Assembly: GCA_030265395.1 (NCBI GenBank)
Contig: JARFYF010000074.1
Span: 99,595,235 to 99,659,234, forward strand
Source of the DNA: Rhina ancylostomus
Lineage: Eukaryota
Length of the DNA: 64,000 bases
Direction of reading: 5' to 3'
Position 1 is the first letter of the stretch; every line of letters starts with the position of its first letter. Both the position numbers and the translations under genes were made by a program. The notes beneath the pieces are model-generated. The model saw only the letters and a list, made by a program, of their open reading frames with translations. It searched no databases and was not told the origin of the DNA. Below, piece after piece: positions 1 to 12,375 of the stretch.

Positions 1-397
1 TTTGGGCATGACAGATTTAAGCAGTTTTGAAAACTACTGATCATTCATCATTCTTTCCCAACAATCAACAGGGGGAAAATAAAACACTACTTCAGCTTAG
101 GATCCTCAGTGAACTATAGAGCTGGAAGGACTATCTATGGAAGCAGAAATCTATGTTTTATCTGTAGACAATGGTTTTTATTCCCAAGTTCAGTCCTTCA
201 AGTACACCATTGCCCTTAACAATTTCTGTGCAATAAAATTAGCTGTTTGTGTAGTGAACCGGGCTGAATATTTGCAATGTACCAAGGTTTTTTGCTTCAA
301 TTCTGTCTGCCATGCCTTTGCAATGTAATTTTTCTTTAAATGTTCAAACTATAGTAAGCACTAAAAATAAAATGAAAGTAGCATTAAACAGCCATAC

Positions 398-465
398 CTG
401 TTCTTCCCAAACAGCCTTCACTGTATCCATCACCTCGGACCTGCCCATTAGACACAGCATTTATC
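398..465 (-). CDS. TMEM50B: TMEM50B coding exon 3 (68 nt)
   Basis: Minus strand ttctaatttag|G ATA AAT GCT...AGA ACA G|gtatgg; encodes (M)INAVSNGQVRGDGYSEGCLGRT(G). Phase is compatible with the previous exon. Remaining exons lie left of the window. Confidence 0.95.
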
Positions 466-1572
466 CTAAATTAGAAACAAGTTACGTTACAAATGTGGAA
501 TGTAGTGATATGGCGTATTATGTATATTTACAATTTATCTTGTCAGAGTTTTGGTAACCTGCATTACCAGATCTAGAGTTAAGGCAGCAAGGTGATTAAT
601 CCAGAGGCATAAACTGATGATCCAGAAACAAGTTCAGATCCCATTATGGCAGATGGGGAATTTGCAAGATGTCCAAAGCTTTTTAAACAATTTTTTAAAA
701 ATGTAAATCAGGCTCTCTAAAGGAAGGAAGCTAACTATCTTTTATCTGCGTCCATATTCAAAGGAATGTGGGCAACTATTAACTGAAGGGCCTTGGTAAA
801 CCACCAATTAGGCATGTGCAATAAATGGTGGTTTTGCTAGAAAAACATGTCACGGAGTTTTATATACATATCTGGTATGAACATGTACAAAATATTTGTG
901 CAAAAGTTCACACCAGAGAGCCAGAACCTCAATTACAGGTAGAAATGTGGCTCAGCTCATTTAACTTTTCCTGACAAAAACTTAGAATTGTATCCATCTA
1001 CCTTTTAAATGAGTTCAGAGCATTTGGTTATCTATTAAGACCACACAGGATATTCTTTGGGTAGAAAGATGTGGACTATTAGTCCAGTTCTTGCTTTTAA
1101 AAATATTGGACCTTTACTCTCATCCTCCCATCACGATTGAAGGAAGCAGTTAACTTTAAATACTACTACTACTACTTCAAATTAATTTATCATACACATC
1201 CCATTTGTCACCTTTTAAAAACCTTTCCTCATAACTAGCAATTTTTCTTTAAGCATTCATATTTCTCATGTCCCATGGCTGCATGTTTCATCCAACTAGG
1301 TTGCTGTTTTAATTGGACATACCTCCGATTTAAACACACCTGACAAATTTATTTACATGCAATTAGGAAAGAAATTGCATTTTATAACACCTTTCCTGAC
1401 CTCGGGCACATCCCAAAATGCTTTCAGCATTTGCCTAACAATGCCAAAAATCCCTCCAAATTTTTTTAAGTTACTGATGCATATGGGGAAACCACACCTG
1501 CCAATTGTATAAAGCAAGCTTGCATAGAGCATATATGATAAAACAATTTATCTGATCATTTGGTAATGCTAG

Positions 1573-1738
1573 AGACACAAGAGACTGCTAACGTTGGAAT
1601 CAAGTGCAACAAAAATAATGTTGGAGGGTCAAGCAACATCTGTGGAGGGAAATGTACAGTTGACTTTTCATGTTGAGATGCTTCATCTGGTCCAGATGCT
1701 ACCTGACCTGCTGAATTCCTCTAGCATGTTGTTTGTCA
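1573..1738. mobile_element. Fold-back pLTR-derived element (diverged)
   Basis: Same arms as 8737-8933; flanked by ttggtaa on both sides. Confidence 0.7.
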
Positions 1739-1830
1739 CACTTGGTAACATTGTTTGGGATGGATAAATATTGTCCAGAACACTGGGAGGAACATGTTCA
1801 CTCTTTCACAATAGTGCTATTAAATGTTTT

Positions 1831-2263
1831 AAAATTTAAAATTTAAATTTTATTTACAGCATGGTAACAGGCCCTTCCGGCCCAACGAGTCCACACAGCC
1901 CATTTTAAACCCCCAAATTAACCTATCCATACGTCTTTGGAATGTGGGAGGAAACTGGAGCACCCAGAGGAAACCCACGCAGACACAGGAGAATGTACAA
2001 ACTCCTTACAGGCAGCGGCGGGAATCGAACCCGGGTCGCTGGCGCTNNNNNNNNNNNNNNNNNNNNNNNNNNNNNNNNNNNNNNNNNNNNNNNNNNNNNN
2101 NNNNNNNNNNNNNNNNNNNNNNNNNNNNNNNNNNNNNNNNNNNNNNGAAACCCACGCAGACACAGGAGAATGTACAAACTCCTTACAGGCAGCGGCGGGA
2201 ATCGAACCCGGGTCGCTGGCGCTATAATAGCGTCATGCTAACCACTATGCTACCATGCCGCCC
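1831..2263 (-). mobile_element. tRNA-derived V-SINE (HE1-like), CR1-type tail
   Basis: A/B-box head ggttagc...gggttcgattccc; V-domain tgcgtgggtttcctctgggtgctcc; tail gggccggaagggcctgttacc. Internally duplicated across a gap. Confidence 0.9.
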
Positions 2264-2544
2264 CAACTTTTATATCCACTTGAGTGTAGGCAGGTCCTCA
2301 ATTTAGAGTGTCATCCAAAAATTACACTTTCATGACACCAAAAGTGGCAATCTAAATTTTCTGCACATTCTCTGGACTAGGTTGTATATCCATCAACTTC
2401 TGACTCTGAAGTGCCACCAAGTCACAGCTGACACCAATACAATTCTGTGTTCATACTTCAGTTGTTAAGCCATGAAAGAACTTCATATAGCACATAATGA
2501 AAGCTAAGTCAACAGTCAAAACATGGTATTTCATCAGGAACTTA

Positions 2545-2658
<114 letters not shown>

Positions 2659-2929
2659 CTACAAATAAAAAAAAGCATCTTAAGAGATCTGTGCACATAA
2701 ATTATACCCAAGCCAGATAAATGGCACCAATTGTAATCTTACCCTAAATATTATAACATTATGTAAAATAGCAAGTGCAGTTTAAAGATCTTATCTTAAA
2801 TGTCAATAGGAAATAAATTATGTTCATATCTGTGTTCTATTTCAAACCGAACAATATTTCCTCATGATATAGGAAAAGCCAGTTTAGCCCGTCAAATCTA
2901 TACTGGTTTACCAAATAATTCCACTCCCC

Positions 2930-3195
2930 TACTAATTTCCCCTGTAACTTATTCTCCCCACATTCCCATCAAATCCCCCCAGATTCTACCACTCTACTAC
3001 ATACTCTGGGCAATTTACTGTGGCCAGTTAACCTACCACCTCACACATCTTTAGGATGTAGAAGGAAAAAAAAAGCACACAAAAGGAAACCCACAATGTC
3101 ACAGGGAAAACATAAAAACTGCTCACAGAGAGCACGAGTGAGGATTGAACCCAGATTGTTGGGGCTGTGAGGCAGCACTCTACTAGCTGTGTCAT
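2930..3195 (-). mobile_element. Diverged V-SINE
   Basis: Minus strand gctgcctcacagcccc...gggttcaatcct and gtgggtttcct. Confidence 0.65.
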
Positions 3196-5199
3196 AAATG
3201 GAAAAGAGCCATAGGATTTGACCCTCAGTCAATACTTTTAACGCAGAGAGTAACTGGGATCAGGTTACCCCAACCCCACAGTTCTCAGGTTGTGGGAGGA
3301 AGATGAAGTAGAAAAACTAGTAGAATTATTGCTCACATTGTTATCCATTGTCCCAGAGCTAAAAATAAGTATTTCAGGACAATGTGTTTTGCTATGGTAA
3401 GGTTTCCAAACACGGTCAAGTAATCTGCCAATTTCAACTATAATCTCACATGGTCATTGTGAAACTACTTAATACATAATGAAACTACTTCAATCCATGA
3501 CCCAATTTGTGCACCTTTCACCACATTTTGCCAAAACCAACTTTTCTCTGAAGAATTCTGCTGTAATTTCAAAAGTACATTTCATATGTTGTGGGCATGC
3601 TACGTTGGCGACACTTGCAGCTGCCCCCAGGACACTCTACGCAAAAGATGCATTTCACTGTGTGTTTCGATGTACACGTGACTAATAAAGAGATCTCATA
3701 TTCTTCTCCAGATTGTTTTGCTTCCTAATAGGACAGCAACATTTAAGCAGCATTTAGACAGACATGTAAACAGGCAGGGAACGGAGGGATATAGACTAGG
3801 CAGTCTTCTCCTACCTAGTTACAATGATTCAGAATCAGGATATCCAACACTCAGTGGCTAGTTTCAATGAGCTTGAAATATCAGTGGATGTTACATTGCT
3901 TAATATAGTATGGTTGCACAAAATCAATAGAAGCAATTGCATTTCAAATTCCAAAGTAACTCTTCTTAGGTGGCCTCCCACAGTGAAAGTGGCAGCCCAA
4001 GTTCTTAAGAGAGAAAAGGTGTCCAATTCCTGCAGGGAGGTTACATGTAAACATGACTTTTTCCCCCCAGGACTGGTTCTCATTTGAATTTAATAATATT
4101 TGTGGGCACTCGTTCCTATGTATTGGTGTCCATAAATTGGGTGTTTGTAACCAAGGGAGGCCCCATGATCCCAAATAATGAAGCACATTTGAGGAACTAA
4201 GACAAGTCCACAGGCTATTTAGCAATACCCATTAAACCACTACTGGCAACCCCTGCGTTACAGCTGTTCACAAATCACTATCCAAAAATTTCAGTCTTAT
4301 GGAATTTTTGTGGGGGACAAAAGTAAAACAAAAAAGAGTTGATTCACGTTTCTTGGCACACATGCAGATGATGTGCCTCACGTTATGGAAACAGCAAAAC
4401 AGACTGTATCCTAGGAACACAACCCACCCCCCCCCCACCAACTCAATGCAGGGGTCACCTGTATATCCAAATCACCAAAGTACATGAAGCCTACCAAAAC
4501 CCACCATAAGTTAATATAAATCCAAAAACAAAGCATATTTAGTACTTGTGCCAAGTATTTTATGTTCATAGAAACACCAATAGAACTTATCCCTTCAACC
4601 ATCCCCCCCGACTTGCACTTCTTCCCAGCACATACACATTCCACATTTTCCATTCTATTTAGTTCGCTGCTCATGTACTTTCCTGGCCACAATTTGAATC
4701 AATGAGGAAAGATTGGATGAATTCAGAGCCTTAATTAACTGGAAACAATTTAGCAACTAAACATGTTAGAAAGATATGGAATGGTGGGCAAAAGTCAGGT
4801 GNNNNNNNNNNNNNNNNNNNNNNNNNNNNNNNNNNNNNNNNNNNNNNNNNNNNNNNNNNNNNNNNNNNNNNNNNNNNNNNNNNNNNNNNNNNNNNNNNNN
4901 NACAATCCATACGTGGATTGCAGTGACAGTCACAGTTATTGTTTCTCATCCATAGATAGAGAAAACAAGCAGGCTGGTGTCTCTCTCGTTCTTCTGTCTG
5001 TCTCTCTCCTTCAGACTGACTCATACTAGTTGTTTCAACAACAACGTCATGACGTTCTTTATCTTCTGTTGACGTAAGCATGCCACACACACTATCTAAA
5101 AGGGACACTCACTAATTGTAACCTAGTCCGTAACAATACCTACAACAGACAAAGGGAACAGTAGGATCTACAGAGCACTTTGTGGTAGCTGGAAATCCA

Positions 5200-5820
5200 A
5201 ACGACAGGCATTGGAAAATTTGAATCAAGAAAAAGTTAAATGAACCATGGATAAAACTTTCAGAAAGTGTGTCCATGGCAAAGGTGGGACAATCATGGAG
5301 GTGATATCAGCACTTCGTGATTTAGATCATGGAGTTTGAAAATATTTAACAGGATGTCAAGAATATATATCCAGTGGTACAACCTGAGCAGGTGGCTTGT
5401 AAAAGATATGAAGGTTTCACCGTCAGTTAAATAGGGTGGCTTCAGATCTCTTCAAATGTAACTGGATCTATCCATGACAATGTCAAAGGAATACTCCAAC
5501 AACAAAATGGATTGAGGATGATATTTTCACAAGCAAGTCATGCAGGTCCCCAGAAGGGGGCTGCTATTATATAGAAGCATTCAGCCTGTGTGATAATTTT
5601 TGATGGCAGCCTTACACAGCTGGATGTAGAGAGACCGATGGTAAGTGGAACATATATGGTATCCCATAGACCAGGTAGCAACAACCCTTCCGCTCATTGG
5701 GTCTGTGGCTGCAAGGCTTACCCCTGGCTGCTAGGGACGCCCCTTTCCAAATGGGATTCTTGGCCTGAACCAAGGCCTTGGAAGGGTAATGTACTGTTAA
5801 ATGGATAGTCGTGTGCCACT
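5200..5820 (+). mobile_element. Possible ERV gag (capsid C-terminal/NC) remnant
   Basis: Broken frames such as QDVKNIYPVVQPEQVACKRYEGFTVS and NVKGILQQQNGLR loosely resemble a class I capsid MHR region. Directly adjacent to clear ERV sequence. Confidence 0.3.
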
Positions 5821-5829
5821 CGGTTGCCA

Positions 5830-6620
5830 TACATGGGTATTTTTTTTTACAGCACTATGCAGGCTTCAGGGAGTTGCAACAGTTATTTAACCATTGCTAA
5901 CTCCTTAGTAGATAAAGATTTGTTCGTAAACTTCCACCACCAGACTTCTGGTTTTGTCTGAGTGGACTCCTCTAACAAGGCACAGACAGTTGGGTATACT
6001 GTTTCTGGTACTTCGAGTTGTACTTCACCAGGAGAGCATGCCAACGTGCAACCTAGCTTGCAAAGGAGATCCCACCCCAAAAGGTTAGCTGGAGAGAAAT
6101 TGATGTTCTCTTTCACATCCGAGAAGCTGGTGAGTGACCCTGTGAGAGATACGTAGAGACACTAGTTGTCCCTAAGTCCTACAATGCTTACCGATTCATT
6201 GCTCAATGGCGCCAGTGACCAATCAGACACACGAATTGTGGAATAAGTGGCTCTAATATCAATTAAGAAATCAAGTTGTTGTCCATTTACAGTTAAGGGA
6301 ATAACAGACTCAGAAATCTTCATTACAGGCAAAATTTGGGTGTGGTAGTGTGTTGTGTCAGTTGGGGAGACGTTGATCAATGGGTTGTTTAGAGTGAATT
6401 GCGGAGCCTGTGGTGGTGAGAGTATAGAGGGTCATAGTTGTCTACTTCATCCTCAGATTCTGGTACCAATTGTTCAAGTGGTTTCTTTCTAATCATTGAG
6501 ATAGACATTATTATCTTTGTCTGTTCTTTTTGTCTTTCCCCTTTCTCCAGCGCCCTTTGTACACTTTCCTTGCTTTTCCTATGATATTCATCTAACTGCT
6601 TCCGCATCTCACTTCATCAG
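5830..6620 (-). mobile_element. Inverted ERV segment: gag-like piece, aspartic protease and PR-RT linker
   Basis: Minus strand IPLTVNGQQLDFLIDIRATYSTI (degenerate FLIDTGATYS) and NLLGWDLLCKLG (NLLGRDLL), on the opposite strand to the adjacent RT. Confidence 0.85.
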
Positions 6621-6624
6621 TGAA

Positions 6625-9600
6625 TAAATGCCCACATATTAGCAGTAAGGAAGCTAGGAAAGGGCACCTGGCATTTCAATCAAGACTTACGGGCTGTTAA
6701 TGAGTCTGTGACACCAGCTTGTCCGATAGTTCCAAATCCAGCCACAAGCCTCAGTTGTATTCCAGCCAACACCATGCTTTATACAGTAGATGACTTGGGA
6801 GCATTTTTCTCTATCCCAGTCCACTCAGACTCCCAATATTTGTTTGCCTTTCATGTACCAAGGCAAAGAATATACCTGGGCCCACCTCCCACAGGGATAT
6901 ACTAAGTCCTACCGTGTTTTCTCGGGTTCTACAGAGAAGAACCAGATGTAATCTTCCCGCTCAATTCCACATTACTTCAGCATGTGGACGATTTGCTCTT
7001 ATGTTCCCCTGACCATGAAGCCTCTGAAGAGGACTCTGTAGTCCTTTTACTCGCCCTGACAAGGGCCACAGGGCATCATGGGAAAAACTGCAGCTGTATC
7101 GAATTTCAGTACATTATCTGATGCCACGTCTTGAGTGGGTCCTGCTGTTAGCTTTCAGACAAAAGGGTAAGTGCCATCACCAATTTGCCAAAAACTGGTC
7201 TCCAAGAAGGATCTCATGCACTTTTTGGATATGACTGGTTATTGCCGACAGTGGATTCCTAATTATGCTGAACTCGGCCGCCTTCTCCAAGACCTCACTC
7301 TGCCATTGGCTCTGGAGCAGTTGGAGTGGCCGATTGAAGCAGACAACTCTTTAGCAGCTCGAAAAATGGCTCTCATGTCCTCCCAAGCCCTTGGGCTCCC
7401 AGACTATAGTAAGCCCTTCCACCTGTTTGTTCATGAAATAAGAGGTTTTTCCCCCCCAAGCAGCATTTTCACAGTGACATGGTGACACCTACCATCCAGT
7501 AGCCTATTATAGTACTGGACCTGTAGCCCAAGGTCATCCTGGCTGCCTGAAGTCCGTGGCTGTCATGTACCATGCAGTAAACTCATCTCAGACTAACTAG
7601 AGGCTACCTGGTTGTGCTACATGTGCCACACTCAGTTTCCACTTTGCTTAACATTCAGCCACTCAACATTTAACAGCTCTTTGAGTGACTCATTACGGGT
7701 TGGCCTCCCTGTCCAATCCCTCAATTACTATTGTCTGTCGTACAACACTGAACCCTGCCGACCAAGGATGTAAGAGAACCACACGACTGCGGGGTGGTAA
7801 TCCAGGCCGCTACTCTGCCGCGACCTGATCTTTGGGGTACTCCACTGCAAAACTCAGATCTGATCTTTCTCGTCAATGACTCCGCCTCCCAATCCAATAC
7901 TGGGAACATTCTTAGTGGAAATGCTGTGCGCTTACCTCATTCAACTGAGGAGGCAGCCCATCTCCCGTCCACCTGTTCTGCTCAAGCTGCTGAACTCTTC
8001 GCATTGACAAGGGCCACAAGGGCCTGCATCCTCGCCGCTGGCATTACCGTAAACATTTACACAGACTCTCATTACGCTTTTGAAGTAGCACACGATTTTA
8101 GACAGCTGTAGAAACTACGCAGGTTCCTCACCTCTTTGGGAACCCCAGTACAACACAGTGAATTAAGTCCGAATTTCCTTTCTGCTATTCAATTGCCTTC
8201 TATGATTGCTGTTAAATGTATGGCTCATACTAACGGAAACGAAGTATCTGAAGGTAACAAAGGGGCTGATTCCACTGCCAAGGCGGCAGCAGCAGCGGAC
8301 TCTTATGGGCACGTGGTACGCCAATGTGTTCAGGCTGCCAACCCTTTCCCACATTGTTGATGAACTTGTGCAATTACAGTGTGACGCAGCAGAGGATGAA
8401 GAGACTATGGACTAAAGCACACTGTGTGCAAGACTCTAAAGGCCTTTGCTGTTACCCTGATGGTCAACCCATCGTGCCCTCTGCTCTCCTTCCCTGGTTT
8501 GGCCACATGATGCATGCGGGCAGGGGAGGTGCGCGGGTGCTGAGCATCAGAGGATCAGCGGTATCGCCAGGATTTCTGACCGTAGCAGGAAAAGTGACAG
8601 CAAATTGCTTGATCTGCCAAAACACAACCTGGGAAAGACACTGTCAGTGTCTGCCGCTGCTGGGCCCTCACCCTGGGGGGCCCTTTGTTCATCTACAAAT
8701 GGACTTTATACAGTTACCTAAATGTATGGGTTATAATTGGAGAAACAAAAGGACTGCAGATGCTGGAATCTAGATGAAAAACACAATGATGCTGGAGGAA
8801 CTCAACAGGTTAAGCAGCATCCGTGGAGAAAAGCAGGCAGTTAACGTTTTGGGTCAGGACCCTTCTTCAGGACTGCTTTTCTGCATGGAGGCTGCTTGGC
8901 CTGCTGAGTTCCTCCAGCCTCATCATGTTTCTCGTATGGGTTATAACTATGTATTGTTATTGTGTGTCTGTTTTCTCGATGGCTACCAGCCTATTCAACT
9001 TGTAGAAATGATGCTGTAACTGTTGCTAAACTTTTATTATGAGAATTCATTCCTAGGTTTGGAATCCCTGAGAAAAGTTCAAGAGACAATGGCCCACACT
9101 TTACAGGCAAGGTGGTACTGGAATTGATGAAAGCTTTACCGTGTAAACACCACTTCACTCGCCCATACCACCCACACTCGACTGNNNNNNNNNNCAGAAT
9201 GGCTAAATTATGTGAGGAAGCAGGATTAAAGTGGCCAGAGGTGCTTCCATGGGTTCTCCGGCAATGCGCTGTGTTCCGAATTGCGTGATGGGCTTATCTC
9301 CGCACAAGATAGCGTTAGGACATCCCATGCACTTACCAGACACTCCTCCCCTTTGTGTCAAACAGATGGACATCCATACTGTGAGTGAAAGCACGTTGCA
9401 GTATTGTGTGGCACTAATGCAAACTCTTAAAAGTTTCCATCAACAGGTAATTGAAGCTCAGAAGATCACAACGACTACAGAGTGGCATGCCTACTAGCTG
9501 GGAGATTAGGATTTCACGAGTACTCGAGGAAAAAACTGCCTTGAAGCCCAGTGGGAAGGTCCATATCATGTGTTGCCGACCACGCATACTGCCATGAAGG

Positions 9601-9700
9601 TCCAAGGGAAAGAGACTTTGGTCCATACATCACATGTCAAACTTGCTGCACCACCAGCTCAGAGAACTGCTGGCAAGGAAGACCCTGAGGGCAAGGATTA
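6625..9700 (+). mobile_element. Endogenous retrovirus pol (RT-RNase H-integrase), class I/epsilon-like, multiply inactivated
   Basis: RT: WHFNQDLRAVN, PIVPNP, AFFSIPVHSDSQYLFAF, LLQHVDDLLL (YVDD decayed), TGYCRQWIPNYAE, LGLPDYSKPFHLFVHE. RNase H: SAQAAELFAL, VNIYTDSHYAF, EGNKGAD. Integrase: HH/CC zinc finger, LQMDFIQLP, IPRFGIPE..SRDNGPHF, WEGPYHVL, VHTSHVK. Confidence 0.95.
8737..8933. mobile_element. 197-bp fold-back Penelope-pLTR-derived insertion inside the ERV integrase
   Basis: Flanked by a perfect 13-bp direct repeat gtatgggttataa (8724-8736, 8934-8946). Arms gctggaggaactcaacagg...gagaaaagcag / ctgcttttct...cctgctgagttcctccagc. Hammerhead-like core at 8838-8875 on the minus strand. 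Confidence 0.9.
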
Positions 9701-10600
9701 ACTAACCAAATTATTTGATCGTTATCGTTCGTGGCATTTAGTCATTATATGTTTTAGGTTATGGATATTCTGTGTGCCTGTTCTTTGCTTAAGTGCAGAA
9801 CCATATTATAGCACTTTCCTACATCTTAGTTATAAATATGCTCTGTGTTCTAACCGGTCGAGTTGTTGGATAGGTTCTGGAGGGCCCACACATTCAGGCG
9901 AGGGAGTGCCAATGTGGCCAGTAGCCCTTAATCAAAGCAAACTCCATTCCATCTTCTACTTTGATAACGACACCAGAGATGAAGGGGGAGTAAGAAACTA
10001 CACTGCCCTCAAAGATGAGCTGCGCCTTTATGGGTCACATAACCTCCGGTGGTGAGATTGCTCCATGAGAGTCAGGGAAGAGGTTTGCTATTCTAATACC
10101 CAGGGTTTGGGGCCAGACTTAGGCAACAGTACTTGCTTCTTCATCACTGCTGAACCCCCTCAAAAATAAAGGAACATATAAAGTGGCATTGACAATCTTA
10201 AATCTCTTTGACAAGAGCACCCAGAAAGAAACTCAAAAACAGAACGAGCACATCACCTCCCACGTCACTACCCACTTGGCTTGTCAAACACCTCTTTAGC
10301 ATGCAGCAACTTGCATATCCCACAATGGCCTCATCAACCACCTCAGAACCAGAGTGTAAGCAAGTTATGCTTGAGTCCAAGCAACTGCCTAGGAACAAGA
10401 GCTTAAAGGTGAATGAAATAGCCCAAGCAATGAGAATCAGTTACATTTAAATAGGGCTTAATCAAAAATATGATTCAGCAGCCAGAAGTGAGCATTAAGA
10501 CTCATGAGTAAATAAGTTTTACTTCCATTGCTTCTACAAGGGGGTTGGTTCTGGGATCATAGTTAATACCAGAAGTGGAAGACAGCTCATTTTTCAGAAA
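9700..10600 (+). mobile_element. ERV env (signal/SU) remnant
   Basis: STFLHLSYKYALCSNRSSCWIGS..THSGEGVPMWPVALNQS resembles a class I env N-terminus (decayed CWxC). Truncated, with no TM domain or LTR visible. Confidence 0.7.
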
Positions 10601-12259
10601 CCCTTCATTTCAGAATCACGTTTATTATCACTAACACATGAAATTTGTTGTTTTCTGGCAGCAGTACAGCTCAAGACGCAAAAGACACAAAAATTACTAA
10701 GTTACAAAAATAAATAAATAGTGCCAGAGGAATGAGGTAGTGTTCATGGGCCATTCAGAAATCTGTTGGAGAAGGGGGAAGAAGTTGTTCCTGAAATGTT
10801 GAGTGTGGGTCTTCAGGCTCCTGTACCTCTTCCCTGATGGTAGTAACATGAAGAGGACATTTTCCCCCATCCTTCACAGAAAATAAACCTCTTTCTAATA
10901 AAACACTCTAGCCAAACAGGTACCTTTTGAAAAGCCTGGTCTGGTTCTGATCCCACTGTCTTGGTTGTTATAAAGAATGAAGTGTGGTTAGGATGACTTC
11001 CAATCATTTTATTTTATTTCACTTTTAATGTGGAGAAAATACAGATCTCTAGAACTGTGGAGACTTATTGTCCACCTCCCAGAATGAAATAGAACAGATC
11101 ATGTTACTCATGATAACAGTTGGTCAGGACACTTGAATCCTTCAGCACCTTCATGTCAACATAGTTAGACAGACATGACCTCTTCTCACTTCTGATTATC
11201 CTTCCTCAGTGATGCATAGAGCTGCATGGAACCCACAACTTCCTGACTTGGAGACTTGCAATACTACTAAACAAATGATGGTATCTTGACTAAGCAATGG
11301 CATTCTCACCTTACGTCAGATATTTGTGGGCATTTGTATATGAACCCATCTGTTCTGGAAAAAAATACCAGAATAACAATAGTCAGTAAATAAGGTGTAT
11401 ATTTAAATATAGTACAAGTTTGATCCCACAACAAAGATTTTTTTTTACAAGAGTACGAAGCTGTTCTTAGCCAGTACTGCTAGATGTTTGGAGATGGCAA
11501 TAGGCAAGGTTATCACTTGATCACTGAGAAATATTTCATGCTTCAGCTTAGGTGTAAAGAAAAACTTGCAAGTAGAATCTTTTCTGTCCCTGATACTATT
11601 AGTAACTTTAGAAATAGAACAAACAAATGACTAATTTGTCTTTCAGATAAATATGAAAATTTACCAAGCAACAAATATGTATTGATCAGATTATTTGTAA
11701 GATTTCCCCTAATTTTGGTTACTTTGTATAACCTTAAAATAAAGCACATGGCCATGACTGTTTTGAGAAATGTCAGTCATTCGACAAAGGTAAAGGCCCA
11801 CTTACAAGCTATTTGAGGATGCTTTAGTCATTTTTGTATAATTTGTGCATGAGCATTATTTCTGTTCGACTTGCTTCTTCATACAATGATGCAAAAAAAA
11901 ACTTTACATGTTAAGAAGTCAACACCATTTATGGGTATTCTCCACTGCAATCCAATTTAAGAGCTTACAATTCCTAGAATTGCATTCTCTCTTTGAACCT
12001 GCCTTAGAGAGAGATTGCAATGAGTGGAGTACAGAGAAATCTGGGTGCTCTTGTGCATGAATTATTAAAGCTTAGCAGACTAATGCAGGAAGTAGTTAAG
12101 AAGGAAAATGGCATATGGGCTTTTATTGGCTTAGAAAGGGATTTAAGTTTTGAAATAGAGAATTATTATTATTATTATTATTATACAGGGTGTTGATGAG
12201 GCTGCACCTGGAGTTCCATGTACAATTTTTGTCCCCTTATTTGAGAAAGGATATATTAT

Positions 12260-12375
12260 CCTGCCGCTGCCTGTAAGGAGCTTGTACATTCTCCCATATC
12301 TGCGTGGGTTTCCTCTGGGTGCTCCGGTTTCCTCCCACATTCCAAAGACGTATGGGTAGGTTAATTTGGGGTTTA
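12260..12375 (+). mobile_element. V-SINE fragment
   Basis: ctgtaaggagcttgtacattctccc...tgcgtgggtttcctctgggtgctccgg; ends at a gap. Confidence 0.85.

Larger units (their letters stand above)
1375..2440 (-). mobile_element. DeuSINE (SacSINE1/AmnSINE-like) remnant, interrupted twice
   Basis: Pieces at 1375-1570, 1740-1830 and 2265-2440; the first two resemble 33930-34130 (ccaatt..., ggataaatattg.ccagaa.ac). Confidence 0.55.

Noticed and set aside
1970-2225. Exact duplication on both sides of a 100-N gap (also 19409-19607 and 51166-51420)
   Set aside because: Identical sequence flanking fixed-size gaps is typical of unmerged overlapping contig ends, not real tandem repeats.
4902-5135. Possible LTR (minus strand begins TGTTACGG) next to the ERV
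   Set aside because: No second copy, primer-binding site or polypurine tract could be identified, and it is cut by a gap.
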